Shown one piece after another: positions 26,717 to 38,716 of a DNA stretch of 64,000 nt. Source of the DNA: Eledone cirrhosa. Taxonomy: Eukaryota. The translations under genes and the position numbers were made by a program. Numbering within the stretch: position 1 is the stretch's first letter; each line of letters starts with the position of its first letter. The notes beneath the pieces are model-generated. The model did not search any database. It saw nothing but the letters and a program-made list of their open reading frames with translations, and was not told the origin of the DNA. The stretch spans positions 83,700,001-83,764,000 of the forward strand of contig OZ024742.1 in NCBI GenBank assembly GCA_964016885.1, given 5' to 3'.

Positions 26717-26848
26717 GCACATATAGTAAGTACAGTGAATTTTTCTGAATTTATATTTTTTATATTTTTTAACATATTTTCTGTGTTTACACTCCCTTGA
26801 TTTTATATATATATATATATGTGTGTGTGTGTATATATATATACATAA

Positions 26849-26879
<31 letters not shown>

Positions 26880-26914
26880 TACATAAATATATATGTATAT
26901 ACATATATATTTAC

Positions 26915-26960
<46 letters not shown>

Positions 26961-26995
26961 CACACAAAAGCGAAGTAATAGCAAGCCACAGACGT

Positions 26996-28970
26996 TTACA
27001 TCAATATAGCCCCTCCTGATGACCTTAAATTAAGACCCATAATAGCAGGCACCGCATGTGAAACCCACCGCCTAAGCAACTTCCTAGATATTCTGCTTAA
27101 ACCTTTCCTAAAACATATAAAAAGCTTCATAAGGGACGACCTTGACATGCTCAACCACCACCCAACAACACTCAATAACGAACATACCCTACTAGTAACC
27201 TTTGATGTCATCAATTTATATTCCAATATCCCACACAACCTAGGTATAGAGGCAATACAATTCTGGATGGAAAATTTCCCTAGTGAACTTCCACAGCGCA
27301 TCCCTAAAGAATTTGTGTTGGAGGGACTCAAATTTATCTTGGAAAACAATTTCTTCGAATTTTATGCCCAATACTACAGACAGAAATCTGAGACTTGTCA
27401 TGGGATATTTGGAAACCATTCTCTACCGCAAAGTTCTAGACAAATACGGCAACCACTTCTACCAACACATAGAAAAGAACTGGAAGAGATATCTGGACGA
27501 CTGCTTCATCCTCTGGCATGAAAGTATAGATAGACTGTTTGAGTTCAAAACCCTTCTGAATGGACTCAAAACTAACTTACAATTAACAATGGATTACAGC
27601 CATGAACAACTCCCTTTTCTCGACATCCTCATCAAGAAAACAAGCAACAAAATAGAAACAGAGATATACTACAAACCCACAGACTCCAAACAATACCTTC
27701 CATTCAACTCGTGCCACCCTAGACACACCAAAATGGCAATTCCTTATAACCTAGCCAGAAGGATCTGCACAATAGTTTCAGATAAATACACATGCTACAC
27801 ACGACTAGAAGAATTAAAAAACACACTTATCAGCAGAAACTACCCACCATCCCTAATCACCAATGGATTCCAACGTGCCCTAAAACTAGACATCCAGGAA
27901 CTCAGACACCCCAAACCCTGGAATGAACCACAACAAAAACTCTACCATACATCTCCACACACAACCCCCTCAACAATGAGGCATTCGACACCATCCTCCA
28001 GAACATTCCTTTACTAAAAAGAGACCCAAGAATGAACAATATCCTCCAAACACACAACATCATAAAGAGCAAAAGACAACCCAAATCCATAAAAAACATC
28101 CTCACACAAGCCAAAATCCAACAAACCCTCACAATGAACCCTCCAGTAACAAAATGCGGAAGACCCAACTGTGGCATATGCATAAATCTAATAGAAGGTT
28201 CAACATTCCATTTTAAACAAGGACAACTCTTCACAGTTAAACACAACTTTACATGTGCATCTGAAAACCTTATCTATGTTTTGACCTGCTCAGGTTGTCA
28301 AGAGCACTACATAGGACAGACAAAAAACAGGCTCCGTCAACGTATGACGGTCCATAAATCACAAATTAAAATACAGGAATACAGAAAGATTGCATTTAGT
28401 GAACATATCGCCAATTGTGCTCTCAACCAACATCCAAACTTTAAAATTTGCCCATTTACAAATTCATAGACAATGCTACTTTCATCCAACGTACCAATAA
28501 GGAAACACATTTCATTAATAAATTTCAACCATTACTCAATGCCCTAAAAATCGGACCAATCTAAAACTGCAACAAACCATCAAACATTTACAAGAGTTAC
28601 CTCCCTCTCACCCTACCTAATCCTTTTTCTTAAATAAATTAAATATCACCCAGAAAGAATTGCTTCCCCCTGCATATTAACTCTCTAAAAAGGGAAATAA
28701 TATCAAACCTCAGTCCACCATTTGCCTCCAACACGGAACCATGGTTCAACTAAGCACTCTTGTAAATAACATTATTTTTTCTTCCACATTGACTTTTTAC
28801 GTTCCACATTATGCACGTTTTTTTTCCTTTTTCTTTTTTCTTTTCATTTCTTAAACCTTGTTTGTATATAACATTATTCTTTCTGCACATTCTGTTTAAC
28901 ATGTGCGACACCACACTAATACATTTCACTATCATTTGATAATGCATATAAATGCTGAAACCGGTAATAG
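26996..28970 (+). mobile_element. Penelope-like element (Neptune/Poseidon type), 5'-truncated and frameshifted
   Basis: LVTFDVINLYSNIP, WKRYLDDCF, LPFLDI, YYKPTD..QYL...SCHP, CGRPNCGIC, GIY-YIG LIYVLTCSGCQEHYIGQT; HHR-like TTGATAA..GAAACCGGTA at ~28936-28966. Confidence 0.9.
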
Positions 28971-29329
28971 ACAATAATTAAATATATAAATAGATAAATA
29001 AATGCCATTGTTAAATAATAAATAAATCAACTAATACCTTAACACTTCACACAAAGTAAAACATCTCGTTTTAATCATTTTCTAACCCAGAAAAATGAGA
29101 GGGAGAAACAAAAAGGAAAAAAATATATTTTTCTTCCTCATAATCGTCTCTTTCTCCCTGTGTTCATATATATATATTTCGTTGGGTTATATACTCCAAC
29201 TCATTTAGTCTGTTATATAAACAAAAATGGCTAAATGGCTACCTCAACAGAAGATTTTGTTGAAGTTTTTTGAAAATAGAGAGCTTTTCACGGGCAGGTA
29301 ATCTCGAATTTAGCTATAAATAGAACACA

Positions 29330-29346
29330 CTAGCGCCATCTAGTGT
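29330..29346 (+). promoter_or_regulatory. CTCF-like binding motif
   Basis: ctagcgccatctagtgt matches the core CTCF consensus; motif match only. Confidence 0.4.
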
Positions 29347-29711
29347 GTTCCAACAGCAGCTAAGTACGGGCAACCAGTGATGACTTTTGTCGTTATCAAA
29401 CAGGTACTGCCGACCACTTACTGTTGCAAGATAATATAAACAAAAACATATAGCTTAGAAGCATATTTACTTTGACTGATCAGCCAAATTTGCATATAGA
29501 GTGACAGCTATGCTGTCAGTTTTCAAATTCATAGCGGAATGCTTTCAAAATGTTTATTTATAAGCATATCATATGTCACCAGATATACAACCTCACGTAT
29601 TATATATATATATAAAGGTAGAACACTGGATGGTAATATCCGTAGTGGTAGAGCACTCAATCCATGGGACAAGTTTGGTAGAAGTAGAAACACAACAGTT
29701 AGTTCGTCATA

Positions 29712-29752
29712 CCGAGAACAATTGTTTCACCATATGCGGATCTTGAGCTCGG
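29712..29752 (-). ncRNA. Hammerhead-like motif with mutated core
   Basis: Minus: ccgag CTCAAGA tccgcatatggt GAAAC aatt GTT ctcgg (G5 changed to C). Confidence 0.55.
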
Positions 29753-29756
29753 ACTG

Positions 29757-30060
29757 GTTATACGGAACAGGAAAAACAACCGTATGAACGCGCATGCGCA
29801 GAAACGGTCACTTCACCCAAGTGATATAAAACCACGGGCGAAAGGTGTAAGGGAGATAACTACGAATGTCCGGAATAAATTGTTCGAGTTGATTAGAATA
29901 TTCGAGTTGATTCTAATATTCTAATCAACTCGAACAATTTATTCCGGACATTCGCAGTTATCTCCCTTACACCTTTCGCTCGTGGTTTTGTATCGCTTGG
30001 GTGAAGTGACGGTTTCTACGCATGCGCGTTCATACGCTTGTTTTCCTGTTCCGTATAACT
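29757..30060. repeat. Inverted repeat with ~145 bp arms
   Basis: gttatacggaacagg...gattagaatatt / aatattctaatc...cctgttccgtataac. Confidence 0.92.
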
Positions 30061-30119
30061 ATTATATATATAAAATAGTTATAACTATATATATATAACT
30101 ATATATATATATATATATA

Positions 30120-30202
<83 letters not shown>

Positions 30203-30853
30203 TTCCAGAAGCCTTTTAAACGTAACTTTCCGTATTTATTACTGTTATGAGATATTGTTTGTTATTTAGGTATCACTTCTCTGTTTTTAGCCTAAGAAAA
30301 TATCTATATGCGTGTGTAATTAATACATGCATACATTTATTTTTTTTTAATTAATTGAGTTCTTAACACGCAGGATTGATAATGTTTTTGAAAAAACTAA
30401 TTAACCCAGTGTATTAAATATTTTACTCTTAATTTGGCCAGAGATTTATATTTCCAGATGCCTTTTAAACGTAACTTTCCGTATTTATTACTGTTATGAG
30501 ATATTGTTTGTTATTTAGGTATCACTTCTCTGTTTTTAGCCTAAGAAAATATCTATATGCGTGTGTAATTAATACATGCATACATTTATTTTTTTTTAAT
30601 TAATTGAGTTCTTAACACGCAGGATTGATAATGTTTTTGAAAAAACTAATTAACCCACGTGTATATTATTTTACTTTTCTCGTGACTCACGATTGTCTCC
30701 CTTTTCAGCTTCGTGACGCTATGATATTTCCTCAGTCTAAAGACTGCTGGAATTTCAAATTTGGCGGTCATTCGATGCGTGAAGGGATAACTTAGTGGAC
30801 ACGAAAAATAACTGCGGTAAGAAATTTTTACTTATATCAAAGTTTAATGGGCA

Positions 30854-30976
30854 TCCACTGATGATTTATAAGTGCCCACCTACATATATTCTTACAAGAA
30901 ATTATGTTAGGCTTCTACATAAACTGGATACATTCTCCCAACTTGTAGAAAACTTATAATGAAACAATTGTTTGGA
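30854..30976 (+). ncRNA. Type I hammerhead with branched insertion in loop II
   Basis: tcca CTGATGA t ttataagt [~80 nt, two hairpins] acttataa t GAAAC aatt GTT tgga. Confidence 0.75.
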
Positions 30977-31847
30977 AAGAGAGATATATTTTAATTTTAA
31001 TTATATCTCATATAAAATAATACAACTGGCTTTCCACAAAATACATATAGTTAGCACCCCAAACACTAAATTGGGATTATACTAACGTATATCCTAATGT
31101 TTGTTGAGTGAGATGGTTACTAGTCGGAGTTTAGCTTAAAGCTTTCTCTGTTATTGTATTAAATTTTTACTCTTGATTTGGCCAGAGATTTATATTTCCA
31201 GATGCCTTATAAACGTAACTTTCCGTATTTATTACTGTTATGAGATATTGTTTGTTATTTAGGTATCACTTCTCTGTTTTTAGCCTAAGAAAATATCTAT
31301 ATGCGTGTGTAATTAATACATGCATACATTTATTTTTTTTTAATTAATTGAGTTCCTAACACGCAGGATTGATAATGTTTTTGAAAAAACTAATTAACCC
31401 ACGTGTATTAAATATTTTACTCTTAATTTGGCCAGAGATTTATATTTCCAGATGCCTTTTAAACGTAACTTTCCGTATTTATTACTGTTATGAGATAGTG
31501 TTTGTTATTTAGGTATCACTTCTCTGTTTTTAGCCTAAGTAAATATCTATATGCGTGTATAATTAATACATGCATACATTTATTTTTTTTTAATTAATTG
31601 AGTTCTTAACACGCAGGATTGATAATGTTTTTGAAAAAACTAATTAACCCACGTGTATATTATTTTACTTTTCTCGTGACTCGCGATTGTCTCCCTTTTC
31701 TGCTTCGTGACGCTATGATATTTCCTCAGTCTAAAGACTGCTGGAATTTCAAATTTGGCGGTCATTCGATGCGTGAAGGGATAACTTAGCGGACACGAAA
31801 AATAACTGCGGTAAGAAATTTTTTCTTATATCAAAGTTTAATGGGCA

Positions 31848-31970
31848 TCCACTGATGATTTATAAGTGCCCACCTACATATATTCTTACAGGAAATTATG
31901 TTAGGCTTCTACATAAACTGGAAACATTCTCCCAACTTGTAGAAAACTTATAGTGAAACAATTGTTTGGA
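31848..31970 (+). ncRNA. Second tandem copy of the expanded hammerhead
   Basis: Same fold as 30854-30976. Confidence 0.75.
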
Positions 31971-32237
31971 AAGAGAGATATATTTTAATTTTAATTATAT
32001 CTCATATAAAATAATACAACTGGCTTTCCACAAAATACATATAGTTAGCACCCCAAACACTAAATTTGGATTATACTAACGTATATCCTAATGTTTGTTG
32101 AGTGAGATGGTTACCAGTCGGAGTTTAGCTTAAAGCTTTCTCTGTTATTGTATTAAATATGTATGTATATATATATTTGATATATATTTATCCTTATCGA
32201 ACCCTCTTTGGATTTTAGTCTTCAAATTTATTATTAT

Positions 32238-32346
<109 letters not shown>

Positions 32347-32359
32347 GAAGATCCGCATA

Positions 32360-32758
32360 TGACCCCTTAGCCTTCGTCAAGGCAGAATTCTAGGAGAAAG
32401 AAAACTCTGATATAACACCTGCAACTCTGATGGTATCCAATGATGTTGACTTGTTCTTTTTGGTAAACATCATCTTGGTTAAGAGAGTGGGACTGGCTTT
32501 GTGCAGTGCCTTTGCTCACTATAAAAGCTTCATGGCACAGGCATTGCTTTGTATCTGGAGATCTCTCTGCACTTGTCGTCACATGGTACTATGGGCCCAG
32601 CACTATGTGTCAATAATTGTCACAAGTGTAGTGTTTGTATCAGAGTTTTCAAGTCGCTGGCTAGACTAAAATGTCACACTCGTTCAGCGCATCGGTAAGG
32701 TTTCTCCTACATGGATATAAAGTAGTGGCCGTACTCGAAAACGAGTTGGCAGCCACCA
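32360..32758 (+). mobile_element. Truncated copy of the ~600 bp non-autonomous element, opposite orientation
   Basis: Reverse complement of ~14800-15200; ends ttggcagccacc then (AT)n. Confidence 0.8.
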
Positions 32759-32877
32759 TATATATATATATATTCTTTTACTCTTTTACTCTGTTACCTG
32801 TTTCAGCCATCCGGCTGAGGCCATGCTGAGCACCGCCTTTGTTGCTACACATTTTATCTCCAGCCTGTATAGGTTGG

Positions 32878-35877
32878 TCACTGGTGTAAGAGGGAGTTTG
32901 TTGCTGCTGCCCTTAGGTTTCCCTTGTGTCTTGCTGTGGGCTCATCCGGGATCCTGGATAACAAGGTGTCGAGATGTTTCCTGAAGACATCCACCTCCAC
33001 GTCATGTAAATCTCTCAGATCCCTCGGCAGCTTGTTGAAGAGTTGAGGGCCCTTGAATCCCAGGCTATTGCAATACCTGTTCCTTATTCTAGATCTGGAA
33101 GACGGGACCTTTGGCACAACACAGTGACGTCCTGTTCGACGGTTGGTCCAGCTCCCAATGCCAAAGTTTGGTGCTAGTCCCTCCAGGATTTTCCACATGT
33201 AGATCACTGCGTATCTCTCCCGTCTTCGTTCCAAGGAGTAGAGGTTCAGTTCCTTTAGCCTCTCCCAGTAGCTTGTCTCCCTCATCTTAGCAATCCTCTT
33301 GGTGCAGCTTCGCTGGATTGCCTCAAGCTCCGTGGTTAGTTTGACACTATGGGGTGACCACAACTGGGAGTAGTAATCCAGGCGGCTTAGGACAAATGTC
33401 CTCCATAGTGTCAACATGGTGTCTCGATCTCTTGTCCGGAAAGTCCTCAAGCTCCAGCCAGCGAGTCGTCTGCACATTGTCGCCACTTTCATGATGTGTG
33501 AAGAAAAAGATGCATCATCGCTCATGTCTATGCCCAGGTCTCGTATCGATTTTGACACGGGGATATCGGTCCCTCCTGGTCCTGTGTAATTGTGTTGTAC
33601 TATATTTGTGTTTGCAGGTTTGTATTGTAGGGCTTGGAATTTGCCAGCATTAAACTGCATGTTGTTTTCTTCCGCCCATTTGTATATGGCATCCAGATCC
33701 TGCTGTAAAAGGGCAGCGTCAGCCGGGTTTTTGATTGCCTGTGCTACCTTAGTGTCATCAGCAGAGCTAGTGAGGGATGTTGTTGTATGTACTACAGAGG
33801 GCATGTCTGAGAGAGCCACCAAAAACAGTAGTGGTCCCAGGACTGTCCCCTGGGGCACCCCACTTGTTATTGGTGTTTCCTTTGAGAGGGCCCCATTTTC
33901 TGCGACTGCCTGGCTTCTGTCCTTTAGGAAGTCATGCAGCAACTCACCTACTTTTCCAGTTATGCCGAGTCCGTGTAGTTTGTGACATATCATTCCGTGG
34001 TCGACCTTGTCAAAGGCCTTCGCAAAGTCAAGATATATCACGTCCACATGTGAGCTGTCTAGTAGTTGTTTCAGTACCCAGTCGTAGTGATGTAGCAGCT
34101 GTGTAAGGCAGCTTCTTCCTGGGCGGAAGCCATGTTGCGTGCTAGTCAGGCGGTCATTTTCTTCGAGGAAAGTGATCAGTTTCTTTCTGACGACTCGCTC
34201 CATGACCTTACTGATATGCGACGTCAGGGAGACTGGCCTATAGTTTTTGGCCTCCGCTCTGCTACCTCCTTTATGGATAGGGCATATTGTGTCTTCTTTC
34301 AGCTCCCTGGGTAGTACACCGCTAGCCAAGGAGCTTCTGAAGAGCATCTTCAGTGGAGTTGCTAAGGCCCGCTTACATATTTTCAAGAGAACTGCTGGGA
34401 ATCCATCAGGTCCAGCAGCCGAGTCTGTTCTAATTTCATCAATGGCGTACACCACATCTTCCTCCGTTATGTCTATGTGGTTGATGGTTGCCATTTCTTC
34501 ATGTAGTGTTGTGGCATCAAAGAACTCCTCTGGCTTCGTTATTTGCATGTGCCTCAGTGGACATGTGAACACACTTTTGTACTGTTCGCTCAGTATTTCA
34601 CATATCTCTTGGGGGTTTTCGGTTAATGAACCGTCCGTATGGAAGAGTGACCCAATCTTGCAGTGTACTAAGGCAAATTTAAAGAAGGCCTTAGGGTTTG
34701 TTTTAATGTTTTCTATGGCCCTGTTCTCTTTCTTTGCCCTCTCATTCTCATGGGAAAGCTTGAGTGCAATCTCGGTGCCAAGTAATGCACATTTCAAATA
34801 GGATTCCTTCTTGTTTTTGTGTTGTTGACTATTCAACTGGTTTGAGAGTTTGGTTCTACGTCTCATAAGGATTTTCCTATCTCTGGGAATAAGATTTTTG
34901 TGTCTGTTTGCCTCTTTCTCCGGGACAAACTTTTTGCATATAGTGTGTATCGTTGTCATGAAGTGTTGAAATTGTGTGTTAATGTCTTGTGTAGCGGTGT
35001 TTTCACTCCATGTTTGGTTCCGGATTTCTCTCTTAATCTTTTTCCAGTTAGCCTTGTAGAAGTTAAGGCTGGATAACGTCCCGGAGCTTCTTGGTGGTTT
35101 TGTCTCTGTTGGTTCTCTTGGACCACATATCATTAGCTCTACTAAGTTATGATCCGAGAGAATTGTTGGTGTCACCTTTACATTGTGGATGAGCACTTCG
35201 TTGTTTGTAAAACAGAGGTCCAGGACATTTTCGCCTCTTGTTGGGAGGAGTATTGCTTGCTCCATGAACAGCCTGTGTGTGAGGGCCAGCAGGGATTCCG
35301 TCTGTCTCTGTTCTATTGACGTCATTCCAGAGAGGAGGTGGCCCTCAGGCCATTTGACCTTTGGTAGGTTGAAGTCTCCCAGCAGTAGAATGTTGAGACC
35401 CTGGTCCAGTTTGTCAAGGACCTCTTCTATCCTACTTAGGCTATCCTCAAATTTACCCTCATGACTGGGGGTATCGGGCGGCCGATAGGTGACACATATT
35501 ACTGTCTGTAGTTGCTTCATATGTACTATCAGTGTGTCACAGACTGAGTTTGAATGTGTCAACAGTACAATTGGTGTGACATCTTCACGGATATACAGAG
35601 CAACCCCACCATGAGTTCTCTCCTTCCTGTCCGAACGAAATACAGTATATTTCGGTATATGTATTTCTGCATCTGCTATACTGCTTGTCAGGTGCGTTTC
35701 GGTTAGTGCCATGCATAATGCTTGATTGCTTATGGCTAAGTCTCCCAGGTAGGAAATTTTACTCATGTTACTGAGTTTCACCAGGCCTCTGACATTCAGC
35801 AGCAGCACTGGTGTGACTTTTGGGGTGCCAGTAATGGCTGTCGGTATGACACCTGGTCTGGTGTCAGCGGCGGCCAC
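32878..35877 (-). CDS. LINE ORF2: APE endonuclease plus reverse transcriptase (999 aa)
   Basis: LLNVRG, LTETHL, YRPP, GDFN, LDL, SDH (APE); NYRPVSLTS, QHGFR, YLDFAKAFDKVDH, GVPQGTVLGP, SADDTK (RT). Confidence 0.93.
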   Translation of the reverse strand: MAAADTRPGVIPTAITGTPKVTPVLLLNVRGLVKLSNMSKISYLGDLAISNQALCMALTETHLTSSIADAEIHIPKYTVFRSDRKERTHGGVALYIREDVTPIVLLTHSNSVCDTLIVHMKQLQTVICVTYRPPDTPSHEGKFEDSLSRIEEVLDKLDQGLNILLLGDFNLPKVKWPEGHLLSGMTSIEQRQTESLLALTHRLFMEQAILLPTRGENVLDLCFTNNEVLIHNVKVTPTILSDHNLVELMICGPREPTETKPPRSSGTLSSLNFYKANWKKIKREIRNQTWSENTATQDINTQFQHFMTTIHTICKKFVPEKEANRHKNLIPRDRKILMRRRTKLSNQLNSQQHKNKKESYLKCALLGTEIALKLSHENERAKKENRAIENIKTNPKAFFKFALVHCKIGSLFHTDGSLTENPQEICEILSEQYKSVFTCPLRHMQITKPEEFFDATTLHEEMATINHIDITEEDVVYAIDEIRTDSAAGPDGFPAVLLKICKRALATPLKMLFRSSLASGVLPRELKEDTICPIHKGGSRAEAKNYRPVSLTSHISKVMERVVRKKLITFLEENDRLTSTQHGFRPGRSCLTQLLHHYDWVLKQLLDSSHVDVIYLDFAKAFDKVDHGMICHKLHGLGITGKVGELLHDFLKDRSQAVAENGALSKETPITSGVPQGTVLGPLLFLVALSDMPSVVHTTTSLTSSADDTKVAQAIKNPADAALLQQDLDAIYKWAEENNMQFNAGKFQALQYKPANTNIVQHNYTGPGGTDIPVSKSIRDLGIDMSDDASFSSHIMKVATMCRRLAGWSLRTFRTRDRDTMLTLWRTFVLSRLDYYSQLWSPHSVKLTTELEAIQRSCTKRIAKMRETSYWERLKELNLYSLERRRERYAVIYMWKILEGLAPNFGIGSWTNRRTGRHCVVPKVPSSRSRIRNRYCNSLGFKGPQLFNKLPRDLRDLHDVEVDVFRKHLDTLLSRIPDEPTARHKGNLRAAATNSLLHQ

Positions 35878-36676
35878 TCTGGGTCCCTTAGCTGTGGTGG
35901 TCTCGAGTGCTGGTGTGGGTGACCTTGGCTCTGGAAACGATGCAGCCAGGTCAGCTGTCCCACAATTTTCTCTGCCATCACTAAAAAATTTTTCTGCTCT
36001 GCTGCTGCCATCTGTATCTCGTCGGCATGTGCGTGCCTTCTCCTTGTTGGTGCGGCACGCGCGACATCAGCATACTTCTGGAGCGGCTTAATTCGGCTTT
36101 GGCTGGGGTATGTTGCGCGAGTAGGATGGGCATAGTTCGTTTGAGACCTGGGGTGGGCGAATCTGCATCCCATCCCTGTCTCTCCATGCCAGCAGGTCCC
36201 GTTCTTGAAAGACTTGCACATTACTTGGGTTCTTTTGCTCCCAGTGTCTCGGTGCTTTCTGTTCTTCCTTTGAACAGTTGTCTCTGGCCCCTCTGCGCTT
36301 GGTTCTCCTTTGGAAGGTGATTTCGCTTTTCACCTTTACCTTTTGCTTGTTGGTTGCCCGGCCTGCCCTCCGTGACTGTGGCGGAGGGTATCTCATTTTC
36401 TTTCAGGTCCGTGCTTGTGCTCTCCTCCCTTTCTTTTTCCCTCTTTTTCTCTTTCTCCTCTCCCTTCTCTTCGGTTTTCTCCTCCCTGAGGACACGGCTT
36501 AGCATTGCCATATGTGGCGCTATGAGGACATACGCCTTCTCAATTTCTTTTCTCTTTCTCTCTATCTGTGCCAGGGTCCTCAGAAACCCATGGCTTTTCA
36601 GGCTCTCCGCCATCTTTTTGCTTGGTGGAGACCCATCAGCCATGGTCCACCCCTTGATCAAAACCGTTAGTTCCAT
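35796..36676 (-). pseudogene. LINE ORF1, split at 36221; charged coiled-coil region plus CCCH zinc finger
   Basis: 36221-36676 (E/K-rich) then 35796-36221 starting CKSFKNGTCWHGETGMGCRFAHP (C-x7-C-x8-C-x3-H). Confidence 0.7.
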
Positions 36677-36828
36677 CTTTGATCAGTTTCGCTGACTCCT
36701 AATTTCACCTTTTTCCTGTATGCAGTCCATTTCGCTAGAAAGATAGTGATGTTTGGTGAATCTGAACCGTTTCTTGTATATATATATATGTATATATATA
36801 TATGTATATATATTTATGTATATATATG

Positions 36829-36859
<31 letters not shown>

Positions 36860-36902
36860 GTATATATATATGTATATATATATATGTATATATATATATA
36901 TG

Positions 36903-36958
<56 letters not shown>

Positions 36959-37009
36959 TATATATATATACATATATATATACATATATATATATACATA
37001 TATATATAC

Positions 37010-37041
<32 letters not shown>

Positions 37042-37051
37042 ATTATATATA

Positions 37052-37083
<32 letters not shown>

Positions 37084-37149
37084 ATATATATGTATATATA
37101 TATAATATATATAATATATGTATATATATATATAATATATATATATATA

Positions 37150-37270
<121 letters not shown>

Positions 37271-37667
37271 ATCTCAACCATATGTAAATGGTCTCAAAGC
37301 CCTGCAGATTTTGCAATGCCAAAAAATGGTGGATATTAAATAATCTTCACAACAAAGTCATTACACATACAGAATGGTGTAAGACAGAACAAAGGAGAGG
37401 CACAAAATAGAAACCTAATCAATGAGGAGGTTAGAGAATGTGTGACGAATGAGCTTTGTCAATATATAAACAACCATCTGGCTATCGAACCAACCAACCA
37501 AAAATGTATAATAAATCGAAATGAAAACAAACATGAGGGTGTGTTTTTATTAGCAGAATGACCCTCCCAAAGTATAACAATATCTGTTTCGACAGACGGT
37601 TTCGGATAAGAAATCTTGCAAAACAAATTCAAAAGGAAGTATATAAATATATATATGTGTGTGTGTG

Positions 37668-37698
<31 letters not shown>

Positions 37699-37836
37699 TT
37701 GTTGTTATACTTGGGAAGGGTGTGTGTGTGTTGTTATAAAATTGCCAGAAATAATAACAGAACATACTTACTGTTTGGGTTGGTAATGCCTACGCCGTCT
37801 TTATTTAATTTCTGTGTGCCTGTGTATATGATATGA

Positions 37837-37882
<46 letters not shown>

Positions 37883-37924
37883 CGTGAAGTTGTATATCTG
37901 GCGACATTAATTAAAAATGGCGTA

Positions 37925-38165
37925 GAGTTAACTTTGCCTTTCATCCTTACGGGGTCGATAAAATAAAGTAGCAGTAATGTACTGGTTAATTGCTGGCCTT
38001 GTGCCTAATATAGAAACAATTAATTAAAAATGGCGTAGGCATTACAGTACAACGGGAGAAAACATAATAATTGTTTCTACTTTTGGCACAAGGCCAGCAA
38101 TTTCCCAGTGTATAACTGGTACTTTATTTTATCGACCCCGTAAGGATGAAAGGCAAAGTTAACCT
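37925..38165. mobile_element. Two truncated SINE copies in inverted (tail-to-tail) orientation
   Basis: Core on + at 37927-38020 and on - at 38065-38163. Confidence 0.8.
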
Positions 38166-38372
38166 AACCGTGACGAAAGAATTTTGATAGACTATATATA
38201 TATATTTATATCTGTATTTTTAACCGTTGGTCAATCAATGATATACATTGATTGCCAGATAAATTAACTATGGAGATATAAAAGATACAGAAGCGAAAAC
38301 CAAGCCAAACAAACAGTGAGTGTCTTCTGTTATTATTACCGGCAATATAAAGAAAGCATTATTATTGATAAA

Positions 38373-38560
38373 GGGCGGTGGATTGGCAGTATCAGTAGAG
38401 GGTCGGACGCCATGCTTTCCAGCATAGTTACGTCCCTTTACGATCTGAGTTCAAATCCCGCCGAGGTTGACTTTGCCTTTCATCCTTACGGGGTCGATAA
38501 AATAAAGTACCAGTAATGCACTGGGTAATTGCTGGCCTTGTGCCTAAAGTAGAAACAATT
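38373..38560 (+). mobile_element. Full tRNA-derived SINE
   Basis: ggcggtggattggcagtatcagtag (A-box-like), gagttcaaatccc (B-box), core and tail; 'attattgataa' on both sides as probable TSD. Confidence 0.85.
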
Positions 38561-38667
38561 ATTGATAAAGAGAGCATTATTTCTGGCAATATTATAACAA
38601 TATGACCCTCCCCAAGTATATTTGTTTCGACACACGATTTCATATCAAAAACCTTGCAAAACAAATA

Positions 38668-38716
<49 letters not shown>

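Larger units (their letters stand above)
30196..32160 (+). repeat. Higher-order tandem repeat (A-A-B)x2; A ~250 bp, period ~994 bp
   Basis: 'atttccaga' unit marker at 30201, 30450, 31194, 31444; B block repeated at ~30665 and ~31658. Confidence 0.95.
32773..36775 (-). mobile_element. Near-full-length CR1/L2-group LINE
   Basis: ORF1 plus ORF2, short 3' UTR with stem-loop and (GAGTAAAA)-type tail; 5' end abuts (TA)n. Confidence 0.88.

Noticed and set aside
30196-32160. CRISPR-like array
   Set aside because: Long units without unique spacers; eukaryotic context
33590-36695. Plus-strand ORFs opposite the LINE
   Set aside because: Antisense shadows of the LINE ORFs
38373-38460. tRNA gene
   Set aside because: A/B boxes belong to a SINE head; no complete cloverleaf
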